Positions 1 to 13,000 of a DNA stretch of 64,000 nt are shown piece after piece. Source of the stretch: Fonticula alba ATCC 38817 (lineage: Eukaryota; Protista; Nucleariida); assembly GCA_000388065.2 (NCBI GenBank), contig KB932201.1; one strand, written 5' to 3'. The stretch's first letter is position 1; every line of letters starts with the position of its first letter. The notes beneath the pieces were generated by a model. That model searched no databases, had not been told where the DNA came from, and saw only the letters and a program-made list of their open reading frames with translations. The translations under genes were made by a program, and so were the position numbers.

Positions 1-159
1 AGGAAGAAGGGAGAGAGCAGAGGGCGACACACATGGGGTATTGAGGCTCCGTTCCCTGGGCCGGGGCCTCCTGCCTTCTCTGTCTCTCTCGTAGCTTCTC
101 ACAAGGTTGAGGCATCGTCCCCTTCCGAAAGTGATGGAACCCCAGCGCACGCACACAAA

Positions 160-3100
160 TCACTGTAGAGTTGCCGAGGCGGATGGAGGAACAATGCGCG
201 GAGAGTGGCGCCGAGAGCGCCGAGACCCACCGCCGCCAGATGAGGGGGCATGGGCCTGATGATGGCCATTGTTGCCGCCACCGCCACCACTGTTGCCGTG
301 GTGATGATGGTGGTGATGGTGGTGATGACCGCTGCTGCTGCCGCCGCCGCCGCCGCCCATTGAAGCTTGGCCACCGCCGCGGCCAGAGCCACGACCATTG
401 CCGGAGGAGGATCCCGACGACTGGCCGCCATTGCGACGGTCCGACCCGCTGCCAACATTGCCGTTGCTGCTGCCGCCGCCGCCGCCGCCACTGCCGCCAC
501 CGCCACTGCCGCCACTGGACATCGAGGGCGCATACCCGCCCGAGGGATGGTGGTGGTGATGATGAAAGCCCCCGCCGTTGATGCCGACGCCGGCATTGCC
601 AAGGGCAGCGTACTGTGGCTGCTGTGAGAAGGGCGACGCGCCGCCGGAATTCGGATGCATGGGCGACACCTGGCCGCCAACATAATGCCCATGGTGTTGC
701 GGAGGATGGTGAGGGTGGTGAAGGTGCTGTGCCGTCGAGGGAGGAGGCGGAGGCGCGCCCGCCATGGAGGCGCCCTGCTGCACATAATGGTGGCTGCCAA
801 AGGGCAACACACCGACAGGGGTCCCCCCGGCTGCCTGATATGGGCTGGGCATTCCTCCAGCCGCCGGATGGTGATGGCCATACGCCATGCCACCAGCACC
901 TCCAGCGCCAGCGCCAGCGCCGGCACCCGCCAGAAGGTGCAGCCGGGCAGCATCACTTAAATCCATTGCCGAAGGTGACATCTGCTGCGGATGATGGTAG
1001 TGCTGCTGTTGCTGCTGCTGCTGCGCGAGACCGGTGGCCTGTTTGGGATGGTGGTGTTCCATGCTCGGGGCCATGGGGCCGGGTGCCGTTCCGACATGTG
1101 CAAGACCATGGTGCATCCCGGACAGAGAAGGTGGGCCGCCATCTCCGGGCATTTGAGACGAGGCTGAGATGTAGTATGGGTGCTGCTGATGGTGGTGTTG
1201 GAGGTGATGGTACGAGGATAGCATATGGTGTGACGGGCCTCCATTGGAGGAAGAGGCGTGCAGCTGGTGTGGATGGTGGACTGTGGGCGAATTGCTGCCG
1301 CCGCCACCGCCATTAGATGAAGACAATATCGCGGACATGGCATATGCCCCGGCAGTTGGGGCACCGGAATGATGATGCAATTGTTGCTGACCCGTTGACA
1401 TGGCCATCGACCCATGGTGGTATGACTGCGTCGGTGAGGCAAGGTGATGGTACGGCTGCTGGGCGGCTTGCTGTGGCATATGGTGATAAGCCGGCGAAGG
1501 GGGCGCCGTCCCTGGGTGGGACATGTGATGCTGCGCGTGCGGGGAGTGGGGAAGGTGCGGATGGAAGGAGCCACTGCCGGCAGCCTTCAACACCGCCTCC
1601 GTGGCGTCCCCGCCGACCGATCGGGCAGCTGGCATATCGGAGGACGCCTCATGTGCGGAACTCGTGGCAAAGGTGCCTCCATTCAAGGGGTGAGGGGTGT
1701 AGGCTGAGCGACCGCCTCCATGGGTGTTGCTGCTGCTGCTGCTGCCGCCATTGCCGGTGGAAGCAGCGACACTCGAACCACTGCGGTTGACAAGTGACAC
1801 GTTGCCGGCTGTGTGGCCGCTACTGCTGGGCTTCTTTTGGCGATGGCCAGCTGCACCGGCATTGGAGACAGAGGCAGGCGGCATGGCGGCAGTTGCGGCG
1901 GTGCCAGCAGCACCAGCGGCAGTCGTGCGAGCGGCCGATGCGACACTCGCAACAGTGGCGGTGGTCCCGGTCGAGGGGGATGTCTGGTCGGCGCCGGAGA
2001 TCACCTCCGGGCGCTTGGTTGGCTGGTCAACTGTCGCTGCGCCAGGGGGGTCCGTGGTGACATTCGAGCTCGACGGATTGGCGACGATCCCCGCGGTGCC
2101 TGACGGAACAGCCGGACCACCGACACCGGACGGCGTGGAGGTGGGGGAGGTGGGCCGCGAGGCGGCAGTGGCAGCGGCGGCCGAGCCACTGGCGGCGGCA
2201 CCAGTACTCCCGGGGGCAGTCGACGCCGAGGACACCAGCAACGACAGGGGACCGCCGCCAACAAGCACCGACCCGCGGAAGCCGGTGACCTTGGTGGCCT
2301 GTGGGCCCTTGGGGCCGACAAGGCGCGTATACTCCACCGGCTCACCATCCGCCAGGGTGTTGTGCCCGGACAGGGTCAGACCACAAATGGCCGTGTGGTG
2401 GACAAAGAGGTCCGGCTCGCTGGGAAGCAGAACTGGATCCAGATCCGAGGGGCTGAGGACCAGTCCTTTGCTGGCGGCCAGCGCAAGTACCTCTTCAGAG
2501 GAGGGGACTATGCATGGGAAGATTACCACGTCAGCGAAAGTAAAAGTGGGTAGGGCGAGAGAGAGGGAGAGAGGGAGAGAGGGAGAGAGAGGAAGAGGGA
2601 GAGCGAAGGATTGGGAGATGGAAGAGAGATGAAAATGGAGAGGATAGAAGTGGGCAAAGGTATACGCACCGGAGGGGGAAGGCGAGGCGGCGCTGTCCTC
2701 GGCGGGTGACTCGTCGGCTGACGATGTGGCCGTTGCCGGGGCGGTAGCAGCGTTTCCGGAGGAAATGAGCGATGCCACGGCGGCCAGCGCGGCCGAAGCC
2801 GCCGATCCGGAGGAGGTTGTTGTAGCCAGGACCGCTGCGATCGAGGCCGGAGAGAACCCCTCGCTCGGGATGTCGGAAGTAGCGTCCCCAAGCCCGGGGG
2901 TGGTGGTGCTGCTGTCCGCGGCCAAAGACGAGGTGGCCAAGATGCGAGCAGCCGTGTGGGCCAACTCAAGGCGACGCTCCAGCTGCTCAAGTGTCAGAGG
3001 CACAATGAAGCCATAGCCCCGGGAGAGGTTGAAGAACTTCACCAGCCCGACACGACGATTGTCGCCCTTGGCCACAACATAGGAAGGCTCATTGAAGCTG

Positions 3101-6100
3101 GGCAGCATGTGGCCAGCCGTGATGACACGCTCGAGGAGAGCCTGTGCCGCGGCCGTGGTGGTGATGTCGGTCGAGGTGGCACCGGCGGCGACGGAGCCGG
3201 AGGTGGCACAGGCGTCGGCGGTGATGAGGACAGTGGCACCGGCGGCAACAGGGCCATTGTCATCATCGCCCAGGCCGCCTCCGGAGGCCTTCGGGGCACC
3301 CTCAGTATCACTGATGTCTGACGTGCTGAGGACCGGGGCTTCGAGAGCCTGGCCGACGGAATCGACGAGACTGCTTGCAGCCGTGCCAGCAGACCCGGCG
3401 ATCGTGGCCGCGGATCCCGGGGAAGAGGACAGCCCGGGAGAGGAGGCAATCGAGGAGGCAGTATCCTCGGCCTTGGCCTCCTCCGAGTTGGTCGCGTCCT
3501 GCTCCTGCTGCTCGTGGCCCTCCTCCTCGTCCTGGTCCTCTTCGTCAGCCTCCTCGAGGGTGGTCCACTCGGGCAATTGCTGACGACTACCAGGTCCAGC
3601 ACTGGCGCCAACACCAACGCGTCCCTGTCCCGAGCGCCAGCCCGAGAAAAGGACGTTCGGCTCGCTGGCTCGGCGGCCAGTTTGCCAGACAACATTCCGC
3701 ATGAGCTTATGCATCTGGACTTCATGATGCTGGGCCGCGTGTGCTTCGTTCAAGTCCGCCGCAAAGGAGTCCGACAGGGGAGACGGGTCATCATGGTGAC
3801 CGCTGGCCGGGGGCGAATGCTCCGGCGGCGGGGTCATTCCGGGACCGCTGTCGGCCGGTGGCGACGGCTGGACATCGGCCGCGGCCGGCGAAGGGCTGGG
3901 CGAGGCGGAGATGGATGATGTGCCGCCAGTGACGACGCTGGCATCCGCGCCGGGGGCCGGCCGACGCTTGACTTGCACACTGTCATAGTGCTGGCCCTCG
4001 TTCAGGGAACAGAGGTAGAGGCAATGCGGGTGGTTGCCCGAGGTGAGGATGATCGGCGTGCGCGGACCGACGTAGGTGACGATGTCGCGGCTGAACCGGG
4101 GGGCACATTGTTGATGGTCAGACAATCGAAGGGGGAAGGGGATGTGGCAGCGGTGGCAGATGACACACCTGTAGAGTTCGGAGATGATGTCCAGCTCAAT
4201 CTGCGTGGTGTGAGGGACGCGATTTTGGGCAAGCTGCTCGATGAAGGTATCCAGGAGGAGGCGCGCGTCGATGGGGCTCGGGCTGCCCTTCGAGGAGGGG
4301 GTCTCCTCGGTCTGGGCATCCGGCTCTTCGGCTGGGAGGTCAGCCAGCTTGTCGGCCAAAAGGCGCACATACGTGTCAGCCTGCTCACGAAGGTGGCTGA
4401 TGACACTGGCCTGGATCTGGTCAACCGGGATGTCAAGCTGGGGTTTTTTTTTGGGAGCCGGAGGAGGGGAAGAGGGATGGATGAGTAGGTCAGGAGGAGC
4501 ACAGGCAAGGCGAGGAAGCAACTACACCGGAAAGGGAAGCATGGGCGCGAGTGCAGATACAACTTACCTGAGCCGATACGGCACGATACTGGACAGGGGG
4601 AGGGGGAAAGAAGGGGCAGGAGGCACAAAGAGCAAGGGGAATTGAGGGCGGGTTAGGCGGCAACATATACACACTGGAAGTGCTGATGGATCTCTGGACA
4701 GCGCGCGTGACAGGAGAGGAGGAAGAGAGAGAGAGAGAGAGAGGAGGGGGGGGGGAGTAGCGGAACGCACAAGAGACCCGGGGCCGAAGGGGATGCGCAG
4801 GCGCTCAAGGGCCTGCTGCGAGAGGAAGTTGTCCAGCTCGGTCAGCTGTGCACGCACTGCCTCACTGGCCACCGCATCGAAATACTGGTTGCCATCGGCA
4901 TCGGCGGTGGGGGTGGAGGTGCCGCTGCCGCTGCCGCTGCCGGCCGGGGAGGACGAGCCGTGGCCAGGCGCCAGGACGTCCTCGTTTTTGGAAAGAGCAC
5001 CAGCGGCTGTGGGGAGGAGGGCCATCGCCGCCGGGGCTGCACTGCCTCCATCGGCCGCCAGGGGCGATGGAGGGGTGGCCGGCCGAGAGATGGACATTGA
5101 CGAGGTCAATGGGCTGCTTTGTGAGGGGGGATGCTGCTGCTGTTGGCCGGCGGTGCCGGCCCCGAGCCGAGCCAGGGTGGCCGGATCGGTAGCCGGAGCC
5201 GACATGTGCATGTGGTGATGCCCAAGTAGGTGGTGGTAATGCCCGCCAAGCGGATGGCCGGCATGGCCGCCATTGAGGGGGTGTGTCAGGTAGGGACCGC
5301 TCGGGCCGAACAGGTCATCTGTCGGATGGTGAGGATGGTGGGCATGGTGAAAGGCGAGCCCCGAAGGCCCGGGAACCGTGCTGGCCGAGGGGGGTGGCAC
5401 CCCGAGCGAGGAGAAGATGTATGAGCTAGGGCCGGCGCCTGACAGGAAGGGCGGCCCACCTGGGGAAAGACCACCGGCAAGGGGATGGTCCCCGGCATTC
5501 GGGGGACTCAGCGCCAGGCCGGCCGCATGGAAGGTGCTTTGGGCGCCGCCGGAAAGGGATGGCCGACGGCCGCCACCGCCGCCGCCGCTAAACATGGACA
5601 GCTGCGTGGGCAGCGCGGAGTTTGGGCCACCGGTGAAGGGGTCGGAGTTGGCGGCGGCCGCCGCGGCCAGGGACAGACTGCCGGAACGCGCGCGAAAAGC
5701 CGGCGTCGGTGAGGAGGAGGCCATGGGGATGGCCGCGGTGCGAGAGCCGCTGCGACTGCGGGGCCGGCTGGAGGAGCCGGCTCCACCGCCGGAGGGACCG
5801 CCGCCGCTGCCGCCGCTGCCGCCGCCACTGTTGCCGGTGCCGCCCGGCCCGGTGCCATGGCCAACGGAGGCGGACATCAATGGCGCGCGCATCATCCGCT
5901 GGTTGCTGATGCCGGAGGGGCCGGCGCCGGAAAAGCTGGCCCGCCGAGCCGACGGGAAAACCAAATTCCCCGAGGAGAAGGACATGCCGCCGGCACCGGC
6001 CTGCCCGGGGCCCGGGAGCGATGGGCCGCCACCAGGGCCGCCATACCCGTGATGGTGTGGATGGGGAGGGTGCGGATGCTGTGCCGTCGGTGGCATCTGC

Positions 6101-6360
6101 TGCGGCGGTTGCTGCTGCTGCTGCTGCTGCTGCTGCGAAGGATGAAGGTGAGCGCTGTTGGGGCCGCCTGGCGTGCCGCTCAGGCCCAGATGCCCACCAG
6201 GGCCGGGGTAGTGGAGGCTGCCATTGCCCGGGAGGCCGGGCTGCTGCTGGGTCGGGTTGAAGCCCGAGGGGTGGATTGGCGGGACGAAGCTACTCGGCGG
6301 CGGGGAGGGCGTGTACAGCGGGAAGGGCGGGAGGAAGGCCGAGGGGGAGGGCATCGACAT
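160..6360 (-). CDS. OTU-like (OTUD4/otu-type, catalytic Cys->Ser) + cold-shock domain protein with long low-complexity N- and C-terminal regions
   Basis: Manual splicing: exons 6360-4771, 4588-4568 (21-nt microexon, YRAVSAQ), 4437-4169, 4090-2670, 2507-160. All introns are GT-AG and keep frame. Spliced product reads LDNFLSQQALERLRIPFGPGSLYRAVSAQLDIPVDQIQASVISHLREQ...QIELDIISELYSRDIVTY...LCSLNEGQHYDSV (OTU), then GLVKFFNLSRGYGFI...DLFVHHTAI...DGEPVEY...GPKGPQATKVTG (CSD). Start and final-exon boundaries are less certain. Confidence 0.8.
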
Positions 6361-7862
6361 GGTGTCGGCTGCCTTCGAAGGAGGAAGAAGAGGTGGAAAG
6401 AGCCAGGGATGTCGGGGGGGGGGGAGGGGGGAGGGAAGGGAGAGAGCGAGACGGGGAAGGATCGCACGCGCGCACGCTGACTGACCAGGCCGGGGCCAAT
6501 CTAGACGGCCGTGCTGCTGCCAGAGAAGAGGGGGGGTGTCAACCTTGCGTGGGCCTGTGGGGCTTCGTGTGAGTGGGACGACGGTCCAGGCGGGAGGAGG
6601 AGAAGGAGGAGGAGAGCGAGGAGGAGAGCGAGGAGGAGAGCGAGGAGGAGGGAGGGTGTCTGGGGCACGCGTACTAGACGCGAGCGGTGCTCCGAGGGCC
6701 GCGGGAGACGAGCGGCGAGTACGCCGAGCCGCCAGGGACAGTTGGGCGGAGCGAGGGGAAAGGGGGAGGAGGCGAGATCTCGGGTATGTGGTGGTACGGA
6801 AGGATGGGGAGGAGGAGGGGGGGCTGCAAGGGAGCAATGGGCGGGGGGAGGGAGGAAAGGAGGCGCAAGGGGAGGGAGGGAGGGAGGAAGGGAAACAGGC
6901 GGGAAGCACTCGTCCATCAGGGCAGGTAGCAGGCGCATGCGGCGGAGCGGCCACTCGGCTGAGTCAGGGACTTGCTGACGGGGCGGGCGACGATGAGGCC
7001 GCGCAGACTAGCCGGCGACAATCCTCGCTGGGCGTATCCACGCCTCGGCCAGTTGGCGGGCGGGCGGGCGGGCGGGCGGGCGGGCGGGCGGGCGGGCGNN
7101 NNNNNNNNNNNNNNNNNNNNNNNNNNNNNNNNNNNNNNNNNNNNNNNNNNNNNNNNNNNNNNNNNNNNNNNNNNNNNCCCCCGTCACAGGCGGGCCGTAA
7201 GAGTGGCATCTGCGCGCCGGTTATGGGGGACGTGGCGGGGGCGAGGCCGGGGAGGGGGGGGGGGGCCAAGTTGGATGGGCCGGACGGCGGCCCCGGTAGT
7301 GGGGGCAACGGCGGCGCGGGACGGAGCACCCCCGGCAGGGGGCGATCCGCGTCTTGACACGGAAGCGCCGGAGCCGGCCGCCAGGACACGCATGGGACGT
7401 CGGTCCGGGGCAGACCGGCGCTCAACCGCGATCGTAGCATCCCCTGGCCGCCCCCGGCCCGGCGCCCGGCCCGGCGGAAGGGACACCCCCGCTTGCCCCT
7501 CGCTCTTTCCCCGGAGAAGGGGGCAAGGCGGGCCCCGGGGCCCGAGGGGAGCGCCGCAGAGGACCGGTCGACTCGGGGGACTGCGCGACCCGAGAACAGG
7601 GGGCGCCGGAGCGAGGGGCGCCCGGGCCGCCATTATGCCGGACACTCCCTCGGGATGCCCTCGAGCACCGCCAGGGGGCGGGGGGGTGGGCGTTTCCCAG
7701 CGCCGAGTCTGGGGGGGGGGGGGGCGAGCTGTGGGCATCTCCATTACCCGGGCCTTCGTGGGCTTGGCCCTCCCCAAGTGGTGCTGTTTGCCTGAGGTCC
7801 CACCGCCAGGCCACGGGCCGGGGCAGATGGGAAAGAGCTACGCACACGCGCAAGCACCCACC

Positions 7863-7894
<32 letters not shown>

Positions 7895-8183
7895 GGCAGC
7901 AAGGCTGGCCACGGGGCTGTACTCTCCCACCACCGGCTACCCTAGGGCGGTGCGGCGGGGGGGCTCAGCCCGGCGAGAAAAGGGCAAAGACGTCGGTGCC
8001 GACCATAACCCGAGGACGGGGGGGGAAAGAACGAGCCGGAGACAGCCTCCAGGTGCAACCCTGCCTCCGTGTCTACAGCATGCGCGCCCCCCCCCCCCCC
8101 CCCCCCCGCCCCCCCATCCCCCTTCCCCCCCGTCCCTCCCGCCTCCCCAAACAGTGTTCCTCCCCCTCCCCCCCCCCCCCCCG

Positions 8184-8217
<34 letters not shown>

Positions 8218-10009
8218 CACACCCTGCACCCGCCGAGAGGCGGGTCTTGTTGCTGGTGTCAGCGCGTGTGATGATCTCCGAGCGCACGGGCAAGGGGTGC
8301 AGCCGAGACTTGCCCCCTTGTGACGAGGGGCGGGGGCATATTCACAAATATGGCCTGGAAATGAATATACCCAAATATTCTACAAAACTCCAGCATATAA
8401 ATGTGCGCCATCAGGCCGTGGTTCCCCCCTCCCATGGACGGCACATGTGCTCCAAGTGCCCGCCCCCGGGGGGGAAAGGGCGTTGATTTTGAGGGGCACG
8501 GGGTGCGTGTGTGTGTGGGATTCTTTCCCCGCCCCCCCTCCCTGACGGAGGGCTGGCGGAAAAAATCGCCGCCATGCATTTCCCGAGGCGCCTTCGGGGA
8601 ACCAGCTGGTGGCGCCAGGGGGGGGGGGGGGGGCGGGGGGCGCTGCACCGAGGCCCACGACGCCCATGGGCCTTGGCTTTCAAGGAGAGGAGACACACAT
8701 ATGCGCGCCCGAGACACACCACGTCTTTCGGCCACGCCACCGGGGGGGGGGGCGGGTGCAGGGGAGCCGGGGCAGGGCGAGGGCAGGGTGGACATGTTGC
8801 CGCCGTCCTTTTCCCCATAAGCACACGGGCCGCCCTGGCCCAGGGCGGCGGGGCCGATGGACGACCCACCCGCGTCTGACCTTTGCTCCTGCGCGGCGGG
8901 TCCTCGGCTCCTGTCTTTAGTCTGCCCCCTCTTCGCGCCTCCGTCAAGTGGCAGTGCCCCGGCAGCGGCGTCTCCCTGCTCGGGGATGTACCGAGGTCTC
9001 CGCGTCTATGGCCACACATGCGGCCGGCCGGCCGTCCCCCGCCCCCCCCCGTCTCTCCTTCCGTCCCCCGTCCTCCCCCCGCCCCGGGCAGGCTCAAGGG
9101 TCGCTCTGGCCGGGCCCTTGCCTTTCCTGGGCCCGAGATTAATTGAGCGCCCTCGGTGTCCGGGTGAATCGTTGACTCCCGTTCTTGTCGCGCGAGAGCG
9201 ACGCGTTGCCTTCTCTCGTCTCGTCCCGCGGGCATTAAGAAATACCCCTCGCGCGTGTGGCCCCATTCCAACTCCTCGGCGCCGGTGGCTGGGAACCAGG
9301 GGCCGGACACCCCGGCGCCGCCGTGTTACGGCGGCCGCCAGGGCATGCGCGCGCTCACGCGCGTGCGTACGCATGGATGCCTGTACAAGCGCACGCCTGG
9401 AGGCCCGGTGCCCCTCTCCCTCCCCCCCGGGAGGCCGGGCCTCCTCAGGGGACAAGCCCTACACCCTCGCCAGCGACGTCAGACAGCTCCTGCACTGGGG
9501 CGGGGGGCCAGGGCGCGCCGCCTCCCCTCCTGCTATGCCAGGTGGCCTTCCGCACCCTTGGCTGTGTGGCCGGTGGGTGGGGTCGTGGTGTTGGCCCTGC
9601 CCGAGCGTCGCGCACCGGCCGGGGTACCTGTTTGCCGCCGGCTGGCCGCCGGCACGCCGTCCTGGGCTCCCCATGACAGCATCCCGAGGCGATCAGCCCC
9701 CGGGCCCGAGGCCGCTGCCCTTCAGCTGGGCCGACACACCAGCCAGCCGCCCCTCACCGAAGTGGCTGATGCTCCCGAGTCCAAACGCGGCATCGGTGAC
9801 ACCCGCCCCCCCCCCCCCCGCCCCGCGAGGTGACACCCTGTCTGTGGATCGTGCCTGTGTGCATTGTGCATGGATTGTGCGCGTTGTGCCCTGTGTCGAG
9901 GCGGGCGTGGCTGGCAATGTGTGTATGTGTGTGTCGCGGTTGCCTGGGAGGCAGGCAGGCGTGCCCCCGCCCGGCCCACCCCCGCAGACGCTCTGCCGCA
10001 GCTGGCCCG

Positions 10010-10041
<32 letters not shown>

Positions 10042-13000
10042 GAGCTTCTTCCCTCGGCAGGCGTCTCATTCTCTCGCGCGCCTCTGCACCCATGGGGCGA
10101 GCCGTGTCCACGAGCATGCAGACAGGGGGTCGGCCCCTGGCTCGACCCCGGGCCCTTTTCGCCTGCTGCCTGCCCTTCTCCCTCGCCGCGTTCTACCTCT
10201 GCCTCGCTCGGCCCTGCGCTTCGGAGGCTGGTCTGGCAGTGTGTGTGTGTGGTTATGGTGTGGAGGTCCTGCGGCATTGTCGGCCGCCGCCCCGGTGGGG
10301 CTTGTGGATTGTTCGGGCATTCCTGCCCGCGCCGCGGCATGCTTGAGAGTGTGTGCGCCGCAGTGTGCGACACCCACGCACACCGGGTCCCCCCCCCGGG
10401 GGGCTGGGGGCGGGCAGCAGGCCGGCCGGGAAGGGGTGGGGCGGGCGAGGGGTCAGACGGGGAACCCTCGCCCTCGGCCCCGGGCGAGTGAAACCCATCG
10501 GCCAGGAGCGGTCATCCAGCCGATTGGACAAAACTCCCGACCTGGCTGGCGATTCCCAGGCACTCTGGCGTGCGCGCGCGCGCGCGCGAGTGTGTTCCCT
10601 CAGCGTCACAATCCCGCGCGACCTTGGCGCCTGCGCGATATGCCCCACCCTGAGGCAGCGTGAAATCGAGGCGACATTTAGGACCGGCGCGGGCCGGCCG
10701 GCAGGCAGGCTCTCGCACCCCGGAGACCGGACTGGTGCGCGGCGGGTCGCCACTTCTGTCTCGTCCCCTGCCGCGCCGGCGCCGCGTCTCTGCTCAGTGC
10801 CCCGGGCAGCCCTCGGCCCGGGCGCGAGGGGCGAGTCATTTAGCCGGTGCCCGCTGCACCCGCCAGACCCCTCTCTGACTGGCGGCCGGTGGGGGGGGGC
10901 ACCGCTGGGCGCCCATGCGCGCTCGGGTCCTGCTCGCACGCCTTGCCCCTCAAGCGTAACCCCCCAAAAAAAAGGTCCGTGGGCAGATTCGGCCTTTCCT
11001 TGTGCCCTTCTTTCCTTCCGGCGGCCTTCTGGGAATCGACCTCGCCCCCCCCCCCCTTTCGCCGTGGACCACCCAGGCGGTGGGCGATCTCTCTGACGCC
11101 GCTCCTGAGGGGCGCACGGCACGGCACTGAGGCCGGGGCACTGGCAGCGCCTCGCATGTGGCCTTTGCCGGCCGACCGCCCCGCGCACGCCAGGCGCCTC
11201 CCCGCTGCCCCCTGTATTTCGGGCCCCGCTGTGACCGTTTGCGCGGTCGTTCGGTCGGCCGGCCGGCCGGCGAGTTGGTCATCTCCCCGAGGTTTGGCCA
11301 TCATGCCGCGGAGGATACCTTCAACTGAGCTCCAGTACCGGGGGGGGGGGGAGAAGGGGCGGGGGTGAGGGTGCACCGGGTGGGGCCACACACGCCCACG
11401 CCCACACGCCCACACACACACACACACACACACACGTAACGAGAGACGAGGTCCTGCCGTTGCAAGGGTGCCCCGGGGCGGACCGGCCTGGACGAGCACT
11501 GGCCGATTGCGCCCCAACGTCTGGCAGGCTGGATGCTCGGTGGGCGTGGACAACCGGCGTCGTCCCCCGGGGGCGGCGAGGGCCAACAAACGGCCTCGGT
11601 CGCGCAGGCCGGCACCAAAATGAGCGCCTGTCTCCTGCCCCGGCCCCGTGCCGCTGCCCGGTCCCGCTGCCCGGGCGCCCCGCCTTCGCCTCCCTGAGCG
11701 CGGCTTCTACCCTGGCGTTTTTTTTTTTCCCTTCCTGTAGGGGCCCCGGCGCGCCGCGCGTCGGCCCCGCCTCCGGCAGGTCGGCCCCGCCCCTGGCTCC
11801 CAGCGCGCCTGATGGTGGCGGGGCTCTGCCCTTCTCTCGCCCCCCCTAGCCCCGTATCCCGGCCGCCTGGTGCGCTGTGGCCGCAAGGCACCGGGGGGGG
11901 GACAGGGCGAACTCACGATCACAAGCCAGTCCTGTCTGTTCTCCGGCTCTAATTTGCCTCTTCCAAGGGGCTTTCGGTGGTGCCTGGAGCGCCTGGCATG
12001 GGTGCACGCGTGTCCGTGAGGCAGGGAGGCGCCGGTGCCGGCCTCTCGGGGTCGGGATGTTCGCCAGGACCAGCCCGGCCTCGATGCCGTGTGCCCAGGG
12101 GGGTCAGTGTGTTTCAACAGCTGCCCGGAGGCGGCCCATGTGTGCCCGTTGCCCCTAGCCCCCCCGCCGGCCGGCCGGCCCGCCCCTGCCTCATAAACAC
12201 ACACGTATACGCCCGTGCGCAAGTCGCGCGAGGAGGGCCGGCCCGAGCCAGAGGGAAAGAGGGGGGTCCCGGGCGAAACGGAGCCCTGGGTCGTGGCTCA
12301 GCGGCCTGCAGCAGGGCGAGGGGCCGGGACACAGTGGCGAGACACGCGCCCGAACGAGTTGCTGGTCTGGAGGGCGCAGCCCGCCCCCCCCCCCCCGCAC
12401 CCCAAGTCGCGTCCCTACCTACTACAAGGGCAGTGGTAGAGCAGTGTCAAGCCCCCTTCCCTGAGGGTCGGGACCTTCCCTTGTGGGGCACTTGGCCCGG
12501 CCCCCGGCCTGGGGAGGGAACTACAAGAGGGCACCTGCACTGGCTGATCCCCCCCCCGCCCCCCGGAAGGCGGGGCCTGAGGCCCGGTATGAGGCGCGAG
12601 CAATGGCAGCGATGCCATGAGGCCCAGGAGAAGCCTCGACTGAGACCGAGGATTTGCAGGGTATCGCCCCCGACTTCGTTGCTCCCCCCCCGCCGTCGGG
12701 CGGTCTATGCGCAGGCGGTGAGCAACCTTGCGATGCCCCGCCCCCGGCCTTCCCTCCCCGACTCGTGCGACTTTGTCCGCTTGCCCGCGAGTGGCAAGTT
12801 GCGATCCACCTGGCCTGCCGCAATCCCGGGCTCGGGATCCCCGCCCCTGGTGCGGCGCCGCCCCTGTCCGACTGGGAGGGAGCTCAGCCCCCCGCGCGCG
12901 CCCCAGGGACGCCTGGCGCGGGGCCAACAGCAGCAACGTCGTCTAAAATAACAACAAAACAACCGACATACCACCGGGATGGGCAAAAACCCAAAGGCAC

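Noticed and set aside
4557-4570. ACTTACCTG resembling the U1 snRNA 5' end
   Set aside because: It is the reverse complement of the microexon 5' splice site; no U1 stems or Sm site follow.
4673-4695. Possible cassette exon inside intron 4589-4770
   Set aside because: Weak donors, and inclusion would break the gapless OTU motif alignment.
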